Shown here piece by piece: positions 50,215 to 61,700 of a stretch of DNA of 64,000 bases. Position 1 is the stretch's first letter; the number at the start of each line of letters is the position of its first letter. The notes beneath the pieces are model-generated. The model saw only the letters and a list, made by a program, of their open reading frames with translations, was not told the origin of the DNA and ran no database searches. The position numbers and the translations under genes are program-made. Where the stretch lies: the NCBI GenBank assembly GCA_036172245.1, contig JAYWIR010000004.1:4526001-4590000 (forward strand), given 5' to 3'. The DNA is from Raillietiella orientalis. Its lineage: Eukaryota.

Positions 50215-53200
50215 TCACTGAAGAATCCGCATTGTTTTATTGGAGGATACACAACAAATTAGGATGCCAATCCTATCGACCTACTGGAGTTCAAGATATG
50301 GGATGGACCACCGACTCACAGGTCGGTTGCACCCAAAGTCCGCGAGGGTTAAGAGAAGAGGATAAGAAATAAAATGGATAAATAAGGGAGAAATGGAAAA
50401 GGCCGAGTCTTCCGGCCGCGTCTTGTGCAGCCTGTGTGCGATGCAGGCGTCCTCTCTTCCTTCACTTTTCCTTGCAGGTGAGGCAGACCGCTTCTCCGAA
50501 GTTGTCCCCACGGAGGAAGCGAAGCGCGTGGCCTTCCGTCCGTAGACTGAAGCGCCTCCTGGGCGTTGCGGGCAGTCACGGTCCTCCCGACGCCATGCAG
50601 GGTTGCGATCGGGGCAGCAGGCGAAAGCCCATCCCGCATGAAGCAGCGCTGCAGCAACTCCTTGAAAGCTTCTTCGGGGCTAAGGCAGATGCGAGACATT
50701 CTTCCACACGCTTTGAAGGTCACCACGTTCCACTAGCAGGTGTGGGGAAGTTCCGATTTCTCCTCAGCCTGGCACATCTCGAGGAGACGCCCCCCCTCGT
50801 CCACCGATGTCGTCCCTGGTTGCACAGAAAGTTCCGGCGCACGAAAAGCAGGGATTGTTGCTGCCGCCTGAAGGAAAGAACCGAGCTGTCCAGATAGAGC
50901 AGAAAATTTCTGACTGAGGAATGTCCTGGTATTCTTTCCAGCGGAGCAGACCTTTAGCGCAGGCTCTGGACGTCTTCTATTGGATTTCACTGTTGCTTAT
51001 CAAGGATCCATACGATATCGATTGCTAACTACTTCCTACGGTCACCCTGCTTCGATCCCATTGGGTCACCAATTTCAACGCTCCTGCTACGAGGTCTCCT
51101 ATCTTGCTGGCTGGCAACTGCCGCTTCTCTCCTGTGAGAAAGACGGTGCTGCTGCCACGAAAGTGGCAGTGACTCGGATCCACTTCTGATTTCTTTTCGT
51201 CTCCTCCAGTGATACTTTTCTCGGGTTGTGGATGGAGGGTACCAACGCTGTGTCGTGCAGATCGAGGTGCCCATTGCCCCCTGTCGCCATAGTTTTCAGG
51301 GCGGCAGGAAATTCACTGGTGTTCTTCACACAGGGCAGCAATCTACCTCAGCGGGAAGTCGACAGCCTTCATGAGGTCTCGGTTGCAAGGTAGCAATGAC
51401 ACCATTTCCTCACAAACGAATACGGGCCACAGCATATCGCGCGCAGGGAGGCACCAAAACTGCATGCAGTTCTCGACCATTAAAGCCATCATCCTAAAAT
51501 GGAATGGGAACTCCATCTTCCTTAAAGTCAGGATACCGAGTCCTGCACTCCTCCATGGTTGTCCAGAGGTGCCCGTTTCCATAGGGTTCCTCGTACAGGG
51601 GTGCACCAGTGCATACACCACTACTTGGCCGCCAGAATCTGTCCTCGGAACTGGAGCTGACACTCTATCAGCTCCAACGTCAGGATACCAAGTCCACTGT
51701 CCCGACGCGGAGCGCATATGTCTTTTAAGCGTACTCGGGACCTTCCTGTGTTCTGAAGGACTCTTCACAGGAAACCCTCGGTTCGCTTTTTGATTTCACT
51801 AATGACAGGGCGAACTAAAAATTGAGGGCTGAGAAAGGAGGCTACAGACCTGTTCCATTTGACGTATTGTTCCTGCAGGATAAACCTGCCATTCAGGAAC
51901 TGGTCGAGCGCCGACTCTACCTCTAAGAGACAACTGGACCGCGTTTTTACAAGAGAGAAGTCCCTGAACGAGACTCCTAGATACTCGAAGTACCTGGAAG
52001 TCCGTGGTGATCTTCAAACGCACCCAATCCTGCTGCAAGCAAGCGTATTTCGCCCTGTTTACTCATGCCAGTTCCGCGGCGTATCAATTCGAAGTGTTGG
52101 AGCAATGCCGCAGGGGTTGGCATGGGTAGCAGCAGCAGCAGATAGTCAGCATATGATGAAACGCTAGGTGTTCCTGGCCACGATCTCGGCAAGGCAGCCA
52201 GGGTCGCCCTGTATACCTCTAGCAACAACATGCGCTCCAGGAGTTCCAGATAGACTCTGTAGAACGGTTTCTTCTGGTCGACTGCGACGGCGAGGGCACC
52301 CTCAGCTCCTGCTTCCATTCGGTCCCCATTCCCTGGCTGTCTTGGAATACAGGATTACTGCTGCTGATTGACGCAACCCCTTGTTGCAATCAGGGCCAGA
52401 AGCTGGTCAGGAACAGGTTAGCTCCTATTCCCCATTCGGGGACGGCTGTTCCAGACTGATGAACGTTTCATCTGAATGCCCCCGTCGTTCAGTCCATGGC
52501 TTCTCCAACAACTTGGAGTCCACTTTTACCACTGCAGTCGGACTCCAGTGTGCCAATGCCGCGTGGATCTCTTCCCTTTGTGAGGAGACGTAATTTTGCT
52601 GATCAGAAGCAGATGAGCATCTCTCCTCTTTCTCGAATGCAAAGTGCACAGTCGCTGCATCAGGGAGGTCGGCTCTGTCGCGAAGTGCTGACAAAATTCC
52701 GCAGTCTGTCCTCCCCTGGTGCTTTGAGCCTCTCGAGCTCTTTGATGGCGGCGGCGATCTTCGCCATCGAAAAGTACCGCTCGTCCAAGCGTGCGCTCTC
52801 CTCTCGAGACGGTGGAACGCCCTTCAAGAGCTCCGCGAAGTCGGAGTCCACGGATGCCTTTGCGTGCAGAGAGTTGTTAAAGTTGCAAAGCATTTTCTTC
52901 ACCTCTGCTGGAGCCGAAGGTTTCGGGTCTTGCTCGTTCAGAACACTTGGCGCCCCAAAGTGCCAGTTGTCCGACCCTGGTCTTGTGTTAGGGCAGGCTG
53001 CGCACACCTGGATGTCTGAAGTGGTTGGTGAAAAAGCGTGGCCGTTCCCGAAGACTACTAGAAGACTTGGGGCAGGGTAGATACTGGACGCAAAACTGTC
53101 GGACCGAGTTCTCCAGTTCTTCCCAGTCTTCCAGATCGGTGATTACAAAACCACGGAGGAAAACACGGAGTTGTTCCACATCTTCCTGATTGAAGAGCCA

Positions 53201-54232
53201 ACTTCCCGGTGGCCTGTATTCATCCATCGTGGGACTCTTCTTAGACGGATGCAGCTCCAGGTCGATCCCGGAATGGTCTAACCCTGTCGATGTCATTCTG
53301 CCACTTGTGCAATTCGGTCGACCCATGTTCACGGGTCGACCGAATCGTTCATTTCAGTTCCTCGGTGGGCAAGCTAGTCACGTGCACACAACTCCTCCTT
53401 CTGTCTTCGACGACCTTTCCGTGTCATTTGATAGCAGTCGGAAGGTGAAGTTCTCTGCTGTCTGACGCGCCCTCTAGGTAGCAACCCGCGTTGCTCTGCT
53501 GTTGGCTCCCGGGCGCGCGAATAACCAAGTTCTCCTGTGGCTGCATGCACATTCGTCGCGACGTGGTCGATCGCATCGGACCACCCGAGTACAAGTCGGC
53601 CATCCAGACCGACCATAGTCCTCGAAACGGAAGTTTCGCACGGCAGTCGCAAGGTGCGCGTGCGCAGAAAAAGCGATTCCGTGCATGCGCGAGGAAGCGT
53701 AACGCCAGTGCAGCTTACCCTGAGCGCGCCTCTTAATTTCCACCGCCTCCCCTGCAAAAAGTCTTAACAATTTCGTGGAGGAGAGAGCGGGGTCGAAGTG
53801 AAGTAGGGTGCCGGTCACAGCTCGCCCTCTTGCGCCGCCGTGGATTCTGTAGGCATTCCAAACGGCGATTCGCAACCAGCGCAAGCAGGCGACTCCCCAC
53901 TGTTCCGCAAGGAGGTCCACGCCGTGGTTCCCACTTCTCGATGGAGGGAGTCGCTCGCACGTCCTTCTCTCTCCCTTCCAGCAGGGACTTTGGATGATCG
54001 GGAACCTCAGATCTTCTCCATGGAGGTGTTCCACATCCCAAGGACATCATCTCGTTGTCGGATGCCTACACTAGCCCTCCCGCAGGGATACGTGACGCCT
54101 CCGCACTTTCTCCTCGAGAGTCCTCGCCTTGATGGCTCCCTCGACGAGATTCCTTTGTTTTTGGTTCGCCAGTGCTAAAGAACCGTTCACCTCCTTAGGG
54201 ACGGGTTCACAGAGCTTCTTGACACGGTCCAC
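50215..54232 (-). mobile_element. Tx1/L1-clade LINE, ORF1 tail + decayed ORF2 + 3' UTR (element B)
   Basis: EN: LRIAVWNA (ORF 53474..54034), LDHSGI, GSWLFN, DWEELENSVRQFC. RT: AAIKELERLKAPGEDRL, VAVDQKKPFYRV, VSSYADY. The 3' UTR is shared with element C. AATAAA near 50235. Confidence 0.85.
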
Positions 54233-54873
54233 GTCACCCGAGGGGGCGTGTGACTCTCCAAGATCCAGGTACCCGGGGAGAAGACCACCATACAAATCAA
54301 GAATAGCCCTGGAGGAAGGACTCCGTTCCTCTTAACATTGGGTAGCGAACCGCAAAGGGAACACTTTCTTTGTTCTTTCCAGGGGGACCCCCGGAGAGAA
54401 ACGCCTCTCATGTCTCCACCGAAGGGAACCCGGAAAGGTTCCTCTCCTGGAATTTCTTCTCCGAAGGGAACCGCAACGCTCCATGTTTGCTCCTCTGAAT
54501 ACGACCCCGAAGGGACGCTACCAATTTCTAGGTAGGGTGGCGCCAGAAGCGAGCAGCACGCTTCTGTAGCACTCTGGAGAAGAACCAGCCACCTCCATGG
54601 AACGCGGTGGTGGATGACTCCATGGATTCCCCCACGAAAAATGGGGAAGGGGACGGCTTCATTTTCACGATCGAAGAGGAACTCGGAAGAAAAACGGCTT
54701 CTTGTTCCTTGGAAGGATCCCGGACGGTCAGCTTCCAATCCCGGTAGTCCACAGGACTTCCGGGGCTCCCCGATCCCACCAATGTCTCATCCGAAGTCGA
54801 CAGACCAGCCAGCGCTACCCTGTGGGGACCACCTGCAACCCCGACGCGTCCATTTCCTGGTGTGGATCCTCCA
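54233..54873 (-). mobile_element. SINE-like element body and tail (duplicate of 7483-8123)
   Basis: Part of the duplicated block. Confidence 0.75.
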
Positions 54874-55377
54874 TTTTCACCCGGTTACGCCGGTGCATTT
54901 CTTGCAAAAAAAAAAAAAGGAAATTTTTTACAAAAAAATAGTCACAAGATATCAAAGTGCCACTCTTCGTGACGACTTCACATAACCACTGCGAAGGGAA
55001 ATTCCACGGAGAAGTGGGGAAAAGGGACAAGAAAGAAGCAGGAGAAGGGGCAAACAATAAAAATAAAAACAAACATACACAAAAGTAGAGTTTAAGAAAA
55101 TTTGAGAGGGAAGGGAAGGGCTCGAAGATTTTTTTTCCCGGCGCCCTCAGCCTCCTCTAGAGGATGTTCCTAATTTCCTTCTTTTGTTGGCAGAGACACG
55201 GTCATCTTGCCGCCCTCCTCATGGAAGAGCAGACGACTGGGATGAGCTCACCGCTAGACTGGCCCCTTCGGCGCGGCATCTCGCCGCCACGATCCCACGA
55301 AGGCGGCACAGAGAGGCGAGGGAGGAAGCTGCAGGCAACATCGAGTCGCGCGCGCTAGAGGCACCGCAAAATCTCTC
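54874..55377 (-). mobile_element. Tx1-like LINE 3' end (duplicate of 6980-7482)
   Basis: Terminal stem-loop at 54878-54895. Part of the duplicated block. Confidence 0.85.
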
Positions 55378-55400
55378 CCGAGGGTGCGTCGGGAGAGATT

Positions 55401-56869
55401 GCTACCCGAGGATGCGTCGTTACTCTTCAGGAGAGGGTGAGACTACTCTTCCAGCTAGAAGGTACCTCTGGAGGAGACCGCCATATAAATCAAGGAAGTC
55501 TCCAGAGGAAGGAGTCCTTTCCTCTTACGTTTGGGAGGGAACCCCAAAGGAAAACTCTTCTTTATTCTCTCCGGAGGGACCCCTTGAAAAGGATCCGCTC
55601 CTTGAATCCCTTCTCTGGAGGGAACCCGCAAGGGAACCGCTCCTCGTTACTCCTCTGGAGAGAACCGAGAAGGGACGCTTCCCAAATTTCCCTGAATGGA
55701 GCAGCACGCTTTTACAACACTCTGCAGAGGCAATCCCCCGAGACGGACATCACAAGCACCATGGTACTCGATGAAGGATTCCGTCCGAGAGAGAGGGGAT
55801 GGTTTATTTGCACCACCGGAGGAGAACAACCCCGAAGGACTCCTTGATTCCTGGAAGGTACCCGGAAGGACAACTATCCGATCCCGGCTAGTCAACGGGA
55901 ATATCTGGTTTCCGGCTTCCACCAGCGCCGCACCCGATTTTGTGCTAGAGTGTGCTACTGGGTATTCTGGAGGAAGACCAGCAGTGGCCTCCAGTGTTCA
56001 TGAACTCCCGTACCCTCCCCTCAAGGTGGCAGGAGTCGGCGTTGATGCTGCTCTGTCTCCCGTGCGACGTCCACTGGTTTCTGTGGACATGGGAGGAGGG
56101 GTGGATCCAAACTGTGCAAGGTGCGGGAGCGGGAATCCCTCCTGCACTTCCCAGTGGACTGTGTTGCCTTCCATACCCCTTATCAATGCTCTACCGCGAC
56201 TCCTGGAACCTCTAGCACCAACTCCAGAGACGTTGTAAAGCTCCTCTTACCTGTGCAATGCCCTCACGTCGGCCGCATACCTTGCAGCGCTGTGCTGCCC
56301 ACGGGGAGGGATCGTGGCTACATGGAGCTGCAGCGCCAGAGGAGGACAGAACGACAGGGGCACCATCTGCTTTGCTGTCCTCTTCATGAGGACAGCGTCA
56401 AGATGATCCCATCAGGGAACCATAAAACAGAAGCTTGCAGGCATTCTTACAGGAATGCAGAGAACGCCCTCCAGAGCACAGTGATCCCTTCCCATCCACC
56501 CATCCCAATTTTTGACTATTTTTTCGTTTTATGCTTTTCTTTTTGTTTGTCTCTCCTTCCCCTATGTTGCCGAGGCAAACCCGCTGATCTGCGTGCCAGT
56601 TCCCGGCATGTTCCTTCTCGTAGTTATAAGCAACGTGGCAGCATCAAACTTCCTGCCACAGACGTGTATGTTTATTCTATAAATAAACTCCCCGGCCTAA
56701 CCGGGTGTCAACCAGTGCCGCATCCGAAGCGTATAGGCCAACCAGAGTCTTCCTGCAGGGGGAGGGGGGACCCGAAGCATTTCCTGGTGTGGATCCTCCA
56801 TGGGTATTCGAACCCGCAATGCTTGTTACGGCACGCGGGGACCACAGCCACAGCACTGCCAACGCAGGC
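55401..56869 (-). mobile_element. tRNA-derived SINE-like element, apparently full length, interrupted by a LINE insertion
   Basis: Head GCCTGCGTTGG at 56869 and B box at 56804-56815. The body resumes left of 55937. Four ~40-bp GAGGGAACCC..AAGGGA..CCGCTCC units (plus-strand reading) at about 55535-55680. The tail is homologous to 8030-8120. Confidence 0.75.
55938..56711 (+). mobile_element. 5'-truncated Tx1-like LINE inserted in the SINE
   Basis: CARCGSG / RESLLHFPVDC C-terminal motif and a T-rich UTR. AATAAA (56682-56687) + CCCCGG-CCTAA-CCGGGTG-TCAA. TSD CCAGCGCCGCACCCGA (55922-55937) / CCAGTGCCGCATCCGA (56712-56727). Confidence 0.88.
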
Positions 56870-57399
56870 AGATATTTGGCATCTACGTGTGAGTCAACAG
56901 AGAATATATTCGAAAGATAGAGAAGACATCGAAGAATCTAAAAACTGCATATGGTTCTAATAGTGATTACTTTTCTATCAATTCGCTCCATTTTTTTTAG
57001 AATGCCAGTTGACCTTGCACCCCTTTTTTGGGGCGGGGGAGGGAGGAGTTGATTAACCTGAATATGCATCAGAAAAATAGATGTCTCGGGTACAGATTTA
57101 TTCATAAGCTCCAACGAGTGCTTCTATCGAGTGCTTCCATTACGAAGTCGAGAATTGCATGTACTGTGAATTGATGTAATTGTGATTAGTTAACATATGG
57201 AAAGCCATAACCACGTTTCCTGCAACTTAAATAAATACGCTTATGAGTTGTGAAAAAAACAACAAAGAAATCATCTCATCTGCGAGACGCAGCGATTATC
57301 TCCTAATTTTGATCCTCTTTCGAACTGGCATTCAAAATGATCAGCAGTAAAATGGGAAAATGAAAATGAAAGCAGCAAATGCAGTGCTGAGTGCATTGC

Positions 57400-58300
57400 A
57401 AATTTTGAGAAGTGCAATCGGAGGAATGCACTTTCAAAACTGTCAAAAGAAATGACTGATGAGAAATAAAATTTGCAATCAGTTTCAGAGTGAGGCATCT
57501 TACAATGCTCTTACAATCAACAGTAAAAACGACGAGGAATAATTAAGATGCATGCGGATGATGCAGACCAGTTTCCGGAGAGTCTGTGTGAAAACATCAC
57601 TAAGGCCAGAAACAGAAGTGGACTGATGTTGGAAGGCCAAGCCCAAGTCCAGAGTTGGGAGGACACCTCTTGCGACTGGTCGCGAAGGATCCTATTTGTT
57701 TGTCCTAGAAGAATTGCGGACAGCGGCATTAAAGAGAAGTTCACTGCCTGCTCACAATAAAGCCACATCTGAGATGCCACGCTCCTCAAAGAAATTCTCT
57801 GACTACATCAGTTGAGGAAGTATGAAACAGAGATGATGTGACGACACTAAAGGAATGTGGTTAATGAGGAGCGCAAGAGAGCGGTGCCATCGAGCGAGCT
57901 TTGCTTCAGATTTCACATCACACATGGATGTTCGTTCAAGACCACGAATAACAAAAAAGCAAACCACGAATAAGAAGGAATGTAATTAGATGCCTCACCT
58001 ATGATTTTATGGTTTTTATCCAAAGGAAAACTGAGGATGAAAAGACTTCAGAACATGAATCGGCACTGACGCCAAAAACCAAAGTTTCCATTTTTGTACA
58101 ATTAAGAGTGCTCTTACATTACATGTCCGCATTTCATTTTTCTAAATGTAGAGAGAAAGAGAGGAATGGAGTTATTGTGTGCGGACATAAGCTGCACCGG
58201 AAGAGAATTAAAATCTTTTGAAAATGGTACGGAAGCAAGGAATAAGTTGAAAATAAAAAAAATTTCAGACTCATGTATCATGGAAGAACAGAAAGATTAG
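57400..58300 (+). pseudogene. CR1-like RT relic
   Basis: IKMHADD (57542-57562; like IKLFADD) and a downstream CGHKL (like TRGHxxKL). Confidence 0.4.
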
Positions 58301-58907
58301 ATTCTTAAGAGCTCAACAGGAATCTGATATAAATCAAAGCTAAAGATCTAGAAAGCAATATGTGAATGATCCAGAAGAGCAACGGCAAAGAAGAATTCTC
58401 TTTCTTTTCGAGGAAACCACAAAAGCACACACACACAACGACAGCAATGAATTTTATTCTGAGAGCGCTACTTGAGTTTCTAGGTTTTCTAGTTTTCCAA
58501 TTTTGGATTCATACGCTCAGATTCACCTAGAATCATTCGAAGAAATGAATGTCTTTAGAGTGTATACTATGCTGCAGAACCATTCGAGAATCCAGTTTGA
58601 GATTACACAAGACAAGCAATCGTCGTTATCAGGGCAAAGTGTACAAAACTCAAACTCGAAGAGGTGATTGGCATCCAAATACTTTAGATCTTTTCGGTCT
58701 TTTCAGGATACTGATCGCTGTTGCATTAAAATGCTCGTGACTGCTCTGGTGAGCAAGGTATCTCAAACTTCATCAGTATCTCAAACTGGTTTGGCCAATG
58801 GGGATGGGCTGGAGATAACTCAATTCGTTCTTGGAGTGCACGACATTCGAAATAAGAATTGCAGCTTCTCTTTTTCTTCAAACGGACTTGTGTAATGTAT
58901 TGAAATT

Positions 58908-59734
58908 TGCAGACCCTAGACTCATACCTTTTGCATACTGCGACTTAGGATCGACTGAACCATGCTCAAAGGCTGTTCGCATGGGGACGCTCTTCCACGT
59001 CAGACCTACAGGATCTCACTGAAGTATTTGCTGCTACCACCAAGATCTGCGCCGACGGCTGCTCCAGGCGAGCTCGTCCCCAAACCCTCGCAACGTCGCG
59101 ACCCTCCTACTCGCCGGAACCTGAGGAACCTGCCGTCCTCCGGAACGCGCCCGGAAGGCAGGAATGGCTCTGTCCCGGCGGTTGGGTATAGGCTCGACGC
59201 TTCAGCGCCATCCATTTTCAGAGCTAGTTGCTTAGGCAAGTGAGTCGTGACACACTCCTTAGAGGATCCGACTTCCATGGCCACCGTCCTGTTGTCCATA
59301 GCAACCAACACCTTTCATGGGATCTGATGAGCGTCGCATCGGGCTCCGTAACCCAACGTTTGGTTCATCCCATAGCGCCAGTTCTGCTTACCAAAATTGG
59401 CCCACTGGGTGCTCATGGATCCGACAGTCCGAGCTTCAGCTTTCAAGCAGGCCGGACTTCTCACCCATTTAAAGTTTGAGAATAGGTTGAGGTCATTTCG
59501 GCCCCAAGGCCTCTAATCATTCGCTTTTCCGGATGAGACTCTGTTCTTTTTCCGCCCCAGCGAGCGCCAGCTATCCTAAGGGAAACTTTGGAGGGAACCA
59601 GCTACTATATGGTTCGATTAGTCTTTCGCCCCTATGCCCAGCTCGTACGACCAATTCGCACGTTAGGATCGCTGCTGACCTCCACCAGATTTCCTCTGGC
59701 TTCGTCCTGGCCAGGCATAGTTCACCATCTTTCG
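58908..59734 (-). rRNA. 28S rRNA: Eukaryotic 28S (LSU) rRNA internal fragment, roughly D3 to D7; isolated pseudogene copy
   Basis: The reverse complement contains conserved LSU blocks: CGAAAGATGGTGAACTATGCC, GGGCGAAAGACTAATCGAACC, TAGCTGGTTCCCTCC, GAATGATTAGAGGCC, TTCTCAAACTTTAAATGGGT, TTTGGTAAGCAGAACTGGCG, GGTGGCCATGGAAGTCGG and GCAGATCTTGGTGGTAG. No flanking rDNA. Confidence 0.95.
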
Positions 59735-60899
59735 TGAAATTCGTTGGGAAATGTTCAGAAAGTGACCCTGCCACGAATCTTTCGAACTCTAAAGCCCAAT
59801 TTTGTTCAGCTCTTAAGTATGCATCTGTTTTGATGGGACGTTCATCTTGAAGAATAAGAAACTCCTTGTTTTCATCTCGCTTGCTTTGTACTATTGGAAC
59901 GTTTCCTAGGCTCTCTGCCTTCGAGGCAATCTTTTCCAGTGTGTCCGATGATGTGCTGGCTACGTTTCATTTCATCTGAAAAACAGTGATCATTGGCCGG
60001 CCATGATTTCTGATTAAGCCGGAACAAATGCATCGTTTGAAGAGGTCACCTAAGTGGCTTGGCAGGCGAATGCATAACCGAGCTGGGTTTCCACTAGAGG
60101 CTTCTGTTGCTGCTGTCAATTTTTTCCCCTTAGCTGCGATTCTTCGGATAAATCTCATAAGGCAATAAGAGCAAATCTTTTACTTTTGAAAATAAGATTC
60201 ACGGTTTGTTGAATTCCGCATCCTGGAAACTGATTCTTCGACGATTCCTCATCTTCAAAAAAGCACTCTAAAAATTTAAGATAGTTTGGCTGAAAAGTCA
60301 GTTTATCAATAATCTCATTTTATTTCCCTCTCCTGTCAACTTCGATTTTACATCTATTTCGTTTTACTGATGCCATATCTGCAACCTTCGCATTTATTTA
60401 TTGGATAATATTATATAAGTGATTACATTGCCGTTTGAATATTTCTGAAGAATGCAGTGCTAATACCGGCTTTGCAAGGTAAATCGAAGACACACGAAAT
60501 CAAGTACACAAAGTGAGAACACTTTGACACCTCTCGGCTGAAATCTTTGGCTCGCAATCGCTGCTTTTCAAATTATTCTTTGCAGAAACATCCTGATCCC
60601 TTGTCTTTTTCCAGAGTATTGTACATTAATTAGACTACCCTTTCCCCTACTTCTAGAAAATCCATCACAGGAGGTTAAACGTCATCAATTAATGGTTCGA
60701 TGAGAGATTTGCTGCTGTTGAGATGTCTGGTTTGCGTGCAGTGTGAACGCAAGCAATCAGTTGCTCTCACAGTCTTGCACAAATTTCTGTGTGGAAAATC
60801 TTGTGTACAGAGAATTCTGCAGGTACGTGTCTGGTAAGTCTTGGAACAAATTTTCCATTCTGCATCCAAGAACGAAATTCATCCTAGTGTGTATGATGC

Positions 60900-61700
60900 T
60901 ACCAATAATAATCACAAATGTTGAAAACTCTCTCGAGTCGAAATACGTGAACAAACGCTCACTTGAGGGTCGCTTCTTGCAGCGGATGATTTCCTGGGAC
61001 CCCAGTTTTCGCACACTGCTCCGCTCTTACTGGTTCCCTATTCTAGGATTCCATGAGCTTTTTCCTGTTCGTGTTTTCGTGGAGCGAACATGCTAGAAAC
61101 GCTCAGGAGAAAAACCGGATGCCATGGGAAACTCTTCACCAATGAGCTGAACCGTTGTCACTTTTTTCACGGTACGGACAAATAGCCTATTATGACCGTA
61201 CAGAATGGATCTTCATGTGAGTGAAAACACTTATTTATCCACTGGATTCGTTTCGTTCTCAAAAATCACTCAAAGTTTTTCCTCAACTGTCTGAATTTCA
61301 GAAACCATCTTGTTCGGTGCATTGAGAGTCTCCTCATCCTCGAAACCATGGAATCTTTCATCTTGAGTCACCCTTTTCCCATCATTGTGAAATATCCTCC
61401 TTTCCAGGTATTCCTCGATTTGGGTTCCTCAAGAAGCATATGAACTCAAGTTTGGTAAAAGCCATCTTTGGCTTCTTCCTTGTAAATTCCCCGTTCAGTC
61501 TGAACTCTCTGGATTCCAATGCCTTCCATATAGATTCCTTGTACTACTGGATGTCTTCATAGAATAAGCATTAAATACCTACTTTCAATAGCTTTATGGA
61601 GTTATTGCTTTCCGTTCATTCCTACGTTATGGAGCCTCCACCAACACCGCTGGATTATCGTGTATTTCGCTATGATAAGTTCCTGAATCTTCGCATTTGT
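60900..61700 (-). pseudogene. RTE-clade RT relic
   Basis: CLFYEDI...WKALESREFRLN...KLEFICF resembles CMLFADDI...WRxALESxGFxLSRxKTEYMxCxF. Confidence 0.55.

Larger units (their letters stand above)
54160..55377 (-). repeat. Right copy of the 1.2-kb inverted segmental duplication (partner 6980-8197)
   Basis: Direct reverse-complement match to 6980-8197. Confidence 0.97.

Noticed and set aside
6980..55377. One giant TIR transposon (Maverick/Polinton-like) bounded by 1.2-kb inverted repeats
   Set aside because: The repeats are LINE/SINE composites continuous with flanking LINEs. There is no TSD and no integrase, polymerase or capsid genes inside.
56121..56960. Longest ORF (279 aa) as a protein-coding gene
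   Set aside because: It runs across the LINE C-terminus, 3' UTR, TSD and antisense SINE head, so it is a chance read-through.
58962..59850. ORFs overlapping the 28S fragment
   Set aside because: These are well-known spurious translations of rRNA sequence.
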